Source: Salmonella phage STP-SP2
Direction: 5' to 3' (one strand)
Length of the DNA: 32,000 nucleotides
Sequence record: OR485018.1
The notes below the pieces were generated by a model, which saw only the letters and a program-made list of their open reading frames with translations, searched no databases and was not told the DNA's origin. Position numbers and translations under genes: made by a program. This document shows positions 24,781 through 32,000 of this stretch, in pieces. Each line of letters begins with the position of its first letter. The first letter of the stretch is position 1.

Positions 24781-26157
24781 ATGACTATTGATATTAATAA
24801 GCTGAAAGAAGAACTTGGTCTGGGTGATCTGGCTAAATCTCTGGAAGGTCTGACCGCTGCTCAGAAAGCTGCTGAAGCTGAACGTATGCGTAAAGAGCAG
24901 GAAGAAAAAGAACTGGCTCGTATGAATGACCTGGTTTCTAAAGCAGTTGGCGAAGATCGTCAGAAGCTAGAAGAAGCTCTGGAACTGGTTAAATCCCTGG
25001 ATGAAAAATCCAAGAAGAGCGCAGAACTGTTTGCACAGACTGTAGAAAAACAGCAGGAAACTATTGTTGGTCTTCAGGACGAAATCAAATCTCTGCTGGC
25101 AGCTCGTGAAGGACGTTCCTTCGTCGGTGATAGCGTAGCTAAAGCACTATACGGTACTCAGGAAGCTTTCGAAGATGAAGTTGAAAAACTAGTTCTGCTA
25201 TCTTATGTAATGGAAAAAGGCGTATTCGAAACTGAACATGGTCAGAATCACCTTAAAGCTGTAAACACCTCCTCTTCAGTTCAGGTTTCCAGTGAAAACT
25301 ATGAAACTATTTTCTCCCAGCGTATCATTCGTGATCTGCAGAAAGAGCTGGTAGTTGGTGCACTGTTCGAAGAATTGCCGATGTCTAGTAAGATTCTTAC
25401 TATGCTAGTTGAACCAGATGCTGGTAAAGCTACTTGGGTTGCTGCTTCTACTTATGGTACTGATGCAACTACTGGTGAAGAAGTTAAAGGTGCTCTGACT
25501 GAAATTCATTTCAGTACTTACAAATTAGCTGCTAAGTCCTTCATTACTGATGAAACTGAAGAAGATGCAATCTTCTCTCTGCTGCCTCTGCTGCGTAAAC
25601 GCCTGATTGAAGCACACGCTGTTTCTATCGAAGAAGCGTTTATGACTGGTGATGGTTCTGGTAAGCCGAAAGGTCTGCTGACCCTTGCTAGTGAAGATGG
25701 TGCTAAAGTTACTACCGAAGCTAAAGCTGATGGTACTGTTCTGGTAACTGCTAAAACCATCTCTAAACTGCGTCGTAAACTGGGCCGTCATGGTCTGAAA
25801 CTGAGCAAACTAGTACTGATCGTATCTATGGATGCTTATTACGATCTGCTGGAAGATGAAGAATGGCAGGATGTTGCACAGGTTGGTAACGATGCTGTTA
25901 AACTGCAAGGCCAGGTTGGTCGTATTTATGGTCTGCCGGTTGTAGTTTCTGAATACTTCCCAGCTAAAGCTGCTGAGAAAGAGTTCGCAGTTATCGTTTA
26001 TAAAGATAACTTTGTAATGCCGCGTCAGCGTGCTGTCACTGTTGAACGTGAGCGTCAAGCTGGTAAACAGCGTGATGCGTACTACGTTACTCAGCGTGTT
26101 AACCTGCAACGTTACTTTAGTAATGGTGTTGTATCCGGTGCTTACGCTACCGCTTAA
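24781..26157 (+). CDS. Major capsid protein, pb8-like (HK97 fold with N-terminal delta domain)
   Basis: 458 aa; coiled N-terminus followed by HK97-type sequence; position after protease. Confidence 0.92.
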   Translation: MTIDINKLKEELGLGDLAKSLEGLTAAQKAAEAERMRKEQEEKELARMNDLVSKAVGEDRQKLEEALELVKSLDEKSKKSAELFAQTVEKQQETIVGLQDEIKSLLAAREGRSFVGDSVAKALYGTQEAFEDEVEKLVLLSYVMEKGVFETEHGQNHLKAVNTSSSVQVSSENYETIFSQRIIRDLQKELVVGALFEELPMSSKILTMLVEPDAGKATWVAASTYGTDATTGEEVKGALTEIHFSTYKLAAKSFITDETEEDAIFSLLPLLRKRLIEAHAVSIEEAFMTGDGSGKPKGLLTLASEDGAKVTTEAKADGTVLVTAKTISKLRRKLGRHGLKLSKLVLIVSMDAYYDLLEDEEWQDVAQVGNDAVKLQGQVGRIYGLPVVVSEYFPAKAAEKEFAVIVYKDNFVMPRQRAVTVERERQAGKQRDAYYVTQRVNLQRYFSNGVVSGAYATA

Positions 26158-26178
26158 TACAGGCTTTTCAGCCGATAA

Positions 26179-26202
26179 GGAGAGCTTCGGCTCTCCTTTT
26201 TT
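26179..26202 (+). terminator. Rho-independent terminator GGAGAGC-TTCG-GCTCTCC-TTTTTT
   Basis: Perfect stem with TTCG tetraloop and T6. Confidence 0.95.
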
Positions 26203-26216
26203 ATTGGGAAAAATAA

Positions 26217-26729
26217 ATGCAAATCATCACAGCCGAAGATTATAGATTATATGGTAGTTTAAAACGACCTGAATTAGAATCTGGTGTAGAAATGATGATT
26301 ACTGCTGCCAATGCGCTGATTACGAGCCTTCTAGGCATGGATGATGCTGATGCGGTAGACCAGTTAATCAATACAAAACCTACACGTAGGAAATATTTTC
26401 TGAGTTCACCATCTGCTACCTCCGTAACTAAAGTGACGATTAACGATAATGAGATTGACCCAGAGCAGTATAAGCTATACTCTGACGGTATTATCCTTCT
26501 CAAATTTAATCCTCCAGAAGGTTATATGGATGTAGCATATACACAAGGTGGATTCAATCCAGTGCCTGAAGATCTCAAACTTGCAGCATGTATGCTAGTA
26601 GATCATTGGCATAAACAAGATTATCGCCAAGCTAAAACAATTGGTGGTGAAACAGTAACCTTCAATAGCACTAAGTCTGGTATTCCAGAGCATATTCGTA
26701 CTATTATTGAAGTATACAGGAGAGTATAA
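26217..26729 (+). CDS. Head-tail connector / head completion protein
   Basis: 170 aa gp6-like sequence, position. Confidence 0.75.
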   Translation: MQIITAEDYRLYGSLKRPELESGVEMMITAANALITSLLGMDDADAVDQLINTKPTRRKYFLSSPSATSVTKVTINDNEIDPEQYKLYSDGIILLKFNPPEGYMDVAYTQGGFNPVPEDLKLAACMLVDHWHKQDYRQAKTIGGETVTFNSTKSGIPEHIRTIIEVYRRV

Positions 26730-27496
26730 TGTCTCTTTCCGATCTAGCTAAACAAATTATTAAAGAGCAGCTAGATACTGCAGGACGATCTGAAAATAAT
26801 AAGAATACTGTTGTGTACTCTGTTGAGACAGGGTTAAAAGATCCTACCAGAGATGGTACTGTTGCTAAAGTATCTTTTAAGTTTTCAAAACCCGTATCAC
26901 AAGATCTTCTTGATGTTAGAACAGCCTCTACACTAAAAGCTGTATCCTCTAGTTTAGATCTTTCGGGAGATTTAGGTGCTCTAGAGAATTTAATACAAGC
27001 AACCGCTGGTAAAAAATCCGCTGTAGGTAAAAAACGTTCTACAGGCAGAGTACAGGTAAACTTTGGGGATCCTAGAGACGTAGAGGATGGATACTCCGGT
27101 GCAATAACAGGTGCTTCCGGACGTTTTGTATCAAATAGCAATATGAAGGTTATATTAGAGATAGTTGCTAAAGAGTACTTAATAAAGGATATGAAAAAGA
27201 CAGGAGCGCCATTAAAATTTAGAACTGGCAGGTTTGCAAATTCTCTGAAAATTAAGGATGTTATGCTTAGAGATGCAGAGACTAGTAAAGGTGCTCCTGA
27301 ACTAAACGTAACGTATAATTATATGACTCGTCCATATTCTGTATTCAACCCTGCAGTATCTACCTACAGGAGACTATCCCTACGACCATATCCTGGTGCT
27401 AGAAACCCACAAAAACTTATTGGTGAGGCTATAGCAAAAGCTGCAAGAGACCTGATTCACTCTAGATATAAAATCAAGGTTAATCAAGGAACCTAA
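26729..27496 (+). CDS. Head/tail completion protein
   Basis: 255 aa, position in late operon. Confidence 0.7.
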   Translation: MSLSDLAKQIIKEQLDTAGRSENNKNTVVYSVETGLKDPTRDGTVAKVSFKFSKPVSQDLLDVRTASTLKAVSSSLDLSGDLGALENLIQATAGKKSAVGKKRSTGRVQVNFGDPRDVEDGYSGAITGASGRFVSNSNMKVILEIVAKEYLIKDMKKTGAPLKFRTGRFANSLKIKDVMLRDAETSKGAPELNVTYNYMTRPYSVFNPAVSTYRRLSLRPYPGARNPQKLIGEAIAKAARDLIHSRYKIKVNQGT

Positions 27497-27499
27497 TAA

Positions 27500-27985
27500 A
27501 TGGATCATAGAACAAGTATTGCACAAGCTCTGGTTGACCGTATATCTAAACAGTTGGATGGCTCTCAACCTGACGAATATTTTAATAACTTATATGGAAA
27601 CGTTTCTCGTCAAACTTATAAATTTGAGGAAATACGAGAGTTTCCTTATGTGGCAGTTCATATCGGAACTGAAACTGGGCAGTATCTTCCTTCGGGCCAA
27701 CAGTGGATGTTTTTAGAACTTCCAATCCTGGTGTACGATAAAGAGAAAACAGACATTCAAGAGCAACTTGAAAAACTCGTAGCGGATATAAAAACCGTTA
27801 TTGACACAGGTGGAAATTTAGAATATACTGTTAGTAAACCTAATGGATCGACCTTCCCATGTGAGGCAACTGATATGATCATTACATCAGTTAGTACAGA
27901 TGAGGGTCTACTGGCCCCATATGGTTTAGCAGAAATAAATGTAACAGTGAGGTATCAGCCTCCACGTAGGTCACTTCGCAGATAA
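27500..27985 (+). CDS. Tail terminator/completion protein
   Basis: 161 aa, position upstream of tube protein. Confidence 0.7.
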   Translation: MDHRTSIAQALVDRISKQLDGSQPDEYFNNLYGNVSRQTYKFEEIREFPYVAVHIGTETGQYLPSGQQWMFLELPILVYDKEKTDIQEQLEKLVADIKTVIDTGGNLEYTVSKPNGSTFPCEATDMIITSVSTDEGLLAPYGLAEINVTVRYQPPRRSLRR

Positions 27986-28011
27986 GTTACAGATTAGGAG
28001 AAAATAATTAA

Positions 28012-29418
28012 ATGTCTTTACAACTATTACGTAATACTCGAATCTTCGTGTCTACGGTTAAGACTGGTCATAATAAGACCAACACGCAAGAGATTCTAGT
28101 TCAGGATGATATTTCTTGGGGTCAGGACAGTAACTCAACAGATATTACTGTTAATGAAGCTGGTCCGCGTCCAACTCGTGGTTCTAAACGTTTTAATGAC
28201 TCTTTAAACGCGGCTGAGTGGAGTTTCTCTACTTATATCCTTCCGTATAAAGATAAAACTACTAACAAACAGATTGTCCCTGACTATATGTTATGGCATG
28301 CTCTTTCTAGTGGTAAAGCTCTTAACCTAGAAGGTAATACAGGAGCACATAATAATGAAACCAATTTTATGGTTAACTTTAAAGATAACGCGTACCACGA
28401 ACTGGCAATGCTGCATATCTACATCCTGACTGACAAAGCATGGAGTTACATCGACTCTTGCCAGATCAACCAGGCAGAAGTTAACGTTGATATTGAGGAT
28501 ATTGGTCGTGTAACTTGGTCAGGTAATGGTAACCAGCTTATTCCTTTGGATGAGCAACCATTTGACCCGGATACTGTAGGTATTGATGATGAAACTTATA
28601 TGACTATTCAGAGTTCTTATATCAAGAACAAATTGACTATCCTGAAAATTAAGGATATGGATTCTGATAAGGCATATGATATCCCTATTACTGGGGGTAC
28701 TTTCACCATTAATAACAATATTACGTACCTAACCCCTAATATTATGTCCCGTGTAAATATTCCGATCGGTTCATTTACTGGTGCGTTTGAACTAACTGGT
28801 TCACTAACTGCCTATCTAAATGATAAATCTCTTGGTTCTATGGAACTGTACAAAGATCTTATCAAAACCTTGAAGGTAGTTAACAAGTTTGAAATCGCAC
28901 TTATCCTTGGTGGTGAGTATGATGATGAACGCCCAGCAGCTGTATTAGTTGCTAAACAGGCGCATGTTAACATTCCTACTATTGAGACTGATGATGTACT
29001 TGGTACTTCAGTAGAGTTTAAAGCTATTCCTACAGATCTGGATACTGGTGATGAAGGTTATCTTGGTTTCTCTAACAAGTATACTAAAACCACTGTGGCT
29101 AATCTGATTGCTACAGGAGATGGCGCTAAAGCTCCACCAAAACTAGTTGAATCAATCACAGTTAAATCTGCTGGTAATGCTACTTCAGTACAGAACAGTA
29201 ATACTCTACAGATGTCTGTTGAAGTAACTCCGCCAGATGCTACTAATAGTGCTGTAACTTGGTCTATTTCTAGTGGTGATGCAGCTACAATTGATCCAGA
29301 ATCTGGTTTATTAACTGCGGACACTACTAAGACAGGTTCTGTTACTGTCAAAGCTGTAGCTAAAGACGGTTCTGGTGTAGAAGGTACTAAGAGCATTACA
29401 GTTACTGCTGGTGGCTAA
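28012..29418 (+). CDS. Major tail tube protein, pb6-like with C-terminal BIG2-type Ig domain
   Basis: 468 aa; ..VTPPDATNSAVTWSISSGDAATIDPESGLLTA.. Ig-like signature. Confidence 0.88.
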   Translation: MSLQLLRNTRIFVSTVKTGHNKTNTQEILVQDDISWGQDSNSTDITVNEAGPRPTRGSKRFNDSLNAAEWSFSTYILPYKDKTTNKQIVPDYMLWHALSSGKALNLEGNTGAHNNETNFMVNFKDNAYHELAMLHIYILTDKAWSYIDSCQINQAEVNVDIEDIGRVTWSGNGNQLIPLDEQPFDPDTVGIDDETYMTIQSSYIKNKLTILKIKDMDSDKAYDIPITGGTFTINNNITYLTPNIMSRVNIPIGSFTGAFELTGSLTAYLNDKSLGSMELYKDLIKTLKVVNKFEIALILGGEYDDERPAAVLVAKQAHVNIPTIETDDVLGTSVEFKAIPTDLDTGDEGYLGFSNKYTKTTVANLIATGDGAKAPPKLVESITVKSAGNATSVQNSNTLQMSVEVTPPDATNSAVTWSISSGDAATIDPESGLLTADTTKTGSVTVKAVAKDGSGVEGTKSITVTAGG

Positions 29419-29422
29419 TTAA

Positions 29423-30322
29423 ATGTACTACTCTCTAATGAGAGAGTCAAAAGTTATAGTTGAGTATGATGGTAGGGCATTTCATTTTGATGCCCTATCA
29501 AACTATGATATACAGACTTCCTACGAGGAATTCAAGACTCTTCGTAGGACCGTTCATCGTAGAACTAACTATGCAGACTCTATTATAAATGCTCAAACTC
29601 CCTCTTCTATCTCTCTAGCAGTAAATTTTAGTAATACTCTTACTGAAGCTAACTTCTTTGAATGGTTAGGTTTTGATAGAAAAGGTAATACTTTCTTACT
29701 CCCACTATATAGTAGTAATATTGAACCTATTATGTTCAATATCTATATAGTAAACAAAGATAATAACTGTGTATATTTTGAAAACTGTTATGTATCTACG
29801 GTAGATTTTTCTTTAGATAAGAACATACCAATTCTTAATGTTGGTATTGAATCGGGGAAATTTTCCGAAGTATCTACATATAGAGAAGCAGGTTCTATTA
29901 TACAGGGTGAAGTAATGTCTTATAGCCCAGTAATAGCTTCTATTAATGGCAGCATCTTACCCGGTCTTATTTCTGCCTCTTTATCTTTCCAGCAGCAGTG
30001 CTCCTGGAGAGAGGATAAGAGTGTTTTTGATATAAATAAAATTTATAATAATAAAAGAGCTTATGTAACTGAAATGAATGCTTCGGCAACCATTTCTCTG
30101 TACTACTTAAAACGTTTTGCAGGAGATATGGTTTATAATATAGAACCGGAGACAGATATACCTTTAACGATAAGAAATAATAATATTTCTATAGATTTTC
30201 CTTCAGCACGTATTACAAAACGCCTAGAGTTCTCAGATGTGTATAGAGTTGAGTGGGATATTATACCTACTGCCTCCTCAGACCCAGTGAGAATAGATTT
30301 CTTTGGAGAAATTAAAAAATGA
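29423..30322 (+). CDS. Minor tail protein
   Basis: 299 aa, between tube and chaperone genes. Confidence 0.75.
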   Translation: MYYSLMRESKVIVEYDGRAFHFDALSNYDIQTSYEEFKTLRRTVHRRTNYADSIINAQTPSSISLAVNFSNTLTEANFFEWLGFDRKGNTFLLPLYSSNIEPIMFNIYIVNKDNNCVYFENCYVSTVDFSLDKNIPILNVGIESGKFSEVSTYREAGSIIQGEVMSYSPVIASINGSILPGLISASLSFQQQCSWREDKSVFDINKIYNNKRAYVTEMNASATISLYYLKRFAGDMVYNIEPETDIPLTIRNNNISIDFPSARITKRLEFSDVYRVEWDIIPTASSDPVRIDFFGEIKK

Positions 30323-30723
30323 TTAATTTAAAAGATATTACTCTTGATACTCGTACTATTACTCTTTCCTACCCAGGTATGCCGAACTTTAAACTAGAAC
30401 TTAACTATATGTCTCGTGCTACCTCTAAACGTGTTATTTCTTCTGCTAAACGCGATGAATGGGTTAATGGTACTTTGATTCAGGTACAGGATGATGATAA
30501 GTTCATCGAAGCCTTTGTTGACGCAGCTATTAAAGGTTGGACTGGCTTAACTGTTGGTGACGTTGAAAAACTGATGCTGATTGAAACAGATGCTGATCCT
30601 GCTACTGAAGTTCCTTTTAGCCGCGATAATGCTGTAATGCTCATGCAGAACTCTTCTGCGTTTGATTCTTGGATCAACCAGACAGTGTTCCACTTAGACA
30701 CTTTTCGTAGCCCAAAAGCGTAA
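30319..30723 (+). CDS. Tail assembly chaperone (first ORF)
   Basis: 134 aa immediately upstream of frameshifted ORF and tape measure. Confidence 0.8.
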   Translation: MINLKDITLDTRTITLSYPGMPNFKLELNYMSRATSKRVISSAKRDEWVNGTLIQVQDDDKFIEAFVDAAIKGWTGLTVGDVEKLMLIETDADPATEVPFSRDNAVMLMQNSSAFDSWINQTVFHLDTFRSPKA

Positions 30724-31153
30724 AGAACTCCTAGATGCTGTTGCTGATTTTGCTGATAAGTGTATTAAAAGCTCAGCGTCTAAAATGACTAAACAACAAT
30801 ATTTAATACTTTGCGAGTCAATGGGTATAGAACCTGATCCAAAGGCTATGCCCGTTGAACTCGAAGATTTTCCACCTATTGTATCTATTAGTATGAATAT
30901 TTATAACAGTCTAATTGACTGCTTCATACCAGGTGACTTTCCTATCTTTATAGGTAAAGATAAAGCTGCTCTAGGTGTTTTATTTGATATTTATGGGATT
31001 ACTGATCCTATAGAGAAAGAATTTGTTCTACACATCATCAATATATTCGATGCTAAAGCTGTAGATGCTGCACGTAAACGTGCTGAGAAGCATAAACCGC
31101 AAAACGGAAGGATTCCTAACGTTAAGCCACATGCTAGATCTCGAGCACGGTAA
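30722..31153 (+). CDS. Tail assembly chaperone, frameshift extension
   Basis: Frame is open from 30698 and contains the track ORF 30785-31153; expected G-GT-like arrangement. Confidence 0.65.
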   Translation, partial: KELLDAVADFADKCIKSSASKMTKQQYLILCESMGIEPDPKAMPVELEDFPPIVSISMNIYNSLIDCFIPGDFPIFIGKDKAALGVLFDIYGITDPIEKEFVLHIINIFDAKAVDAARKRAEKHKPQNGRIPNVKPHARSRAR

Positions 31154-31188
31154 AAGTTTCCTCCAATGGGCGTTCCACGATGAGGCTT

Positions 31189-31219
31189 GGCTCTGGGTGA
31201 TTTGCCCAGAGCCTTTTTT
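31189..31219 (+). terminator. Rho-independent terminator GGCTCTGGG-7nt-CCCAGAGCC-TTTTTT
   Basis: 9-bp perfect stem and T6. Confidence 0.95.
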
Positions 31220-31236
31220 ATTGGGAAAAATAAAAC

Positions 31237-32000
31237 ATGACTGATAAGCTAATACGAGAATTATTAATAGACGTTAAACAGAAGGGGGCAACTCGTACTG
31301 CAAAGTCTATTGAAAACGTATCTGATGCGTTAGAAAACGCTGCTGCTGCTTCCGAACTGACAAATGAGCAGTTAGGTAAAATGCCCAAAACCCTTTACTC
31401 CATTGAGAGGGCAGCGGATAGAGCAGCGAAAAGTCTTACTAAAATGCAAGCTAGTAGAGGTATGCTTAGCGTTACTAAATCTATTAATGATATTGGTGAT
31501 AAACTAGACTACCTAGCTATCCAACTTATTGAAGTAACAGATAAACTAGAAATTGGATTCGATGGAGTTTCTAGATCTGTTAAAACAATGGGTAATGATG
31601 TTGCAGCTGCAACAGAAAAAGTCCAGGATAGATTATATGATACTAATAGAGCATTAGGTGGCACAGCTAGGGGTTTTAATGATACTGCTGGTGCCGCTGG
31701 TAGAGCTTCTAGGGCTATTGGTAATACTTCTGGTTCAGCACGCGGTGCAACTCGTGATTTTGCGGCAATGGCTAAGATCGGTGGTAGTCTACCTATTATG
31801 TACGCAGCTCTTGCTTCCAACATCTTCGTTTTGCAATCAGCATTTGAACAACTTAAACTAGGTGATCAGCTAAATCGTCTAGAAAAATTTGGTGTTATAG
31901 TAGGTACTCAGACAGGTACTCCTGTTCAGACCCTTGCTAGATCACTACAAGAAGCTGCTGGATATGCTATTTCTTTTGAGGAAGCAATGAGACAGGCATC
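31237..32000 (+). CDS. Tape measure protein, pb2-like (3' truncated by window)
   Basis: Open frame to window end; MTDKLIRELLIDVKQKGATRTAKSIENVSD..; position after chaperones. Confidence 0.85.
   Translation, partial: MTDKLIRELLIDVKQKGATRTAKSIENVSDALENAAAASELTNEQLGKMPKTLYSIERAADRAAKSLTKMQASRGMLSVTKSINDIGDKLDYLAIQLIEVTDKLEIGFDGVSRSVKTMGNDVAAATEKVQDRLYDTNRALGGTARGFNDTAGAAGRASRAIGNTSGSARGATRDFAAMAKIGGSLPIMYAALASNIFVLQSAFEQLKLGDQLNRLEKFGVIVGTQTGTPVQTLARSLQEAAGYAISFEEAMRQA

Noticed and set aside
30711-30734. Canonical -1 slippery site C-CCA-AAA for the chaperone frameshift
   Set aside because: The -1 frame terminates at 30732-30734 and does not connect with the downstream ORF.

Overview
The window is part of a T5-like phage genome (Demerecviridae type), in reverse orientation relative to the usual T5 map. 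(1) About 1-6300: tightly packed early genes on the + strand, mostly small and of unknown function, including a metallophosphoesterase C-terminus and an HNH/AP2 homing endonuclease. (2) About 6300-17100: the region equivalent to the T5 terminal repeat and injection-stop/pre-early region. It holds a candidate structured ncRNA, an array of 15-nt iteron-like repeats, a 19-nt repeat array with Fur-like palindromes, DnaA boxes and LexA-like operators inside a 132-nt colinear inverted repeat, a minus-strand operon of small genes, and the + strand pre-early genes A2, A1 and dmp. (3) About 17100-18230: minus-strand cluster of four tiny overlapping membrane-protein ORFs, then an Llp-like lipoprotein. 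(4) 18313-32000: + strand late genes: pb5-like receptor-binding protein, TerS, TerL, HNH, portal, Ig-containing decoration protein, prohead protease, major capsid protein, head/tail completion proteins, Ig-containing tail tube protein, tail assembly chaperones with a probable +1 frameshift, and the start of the tape measure protein. Names are from recalled protein similarity; no database search was run. The most interesting unexplained material is non-coding DNA at 6300-8000 and 11240-12400.
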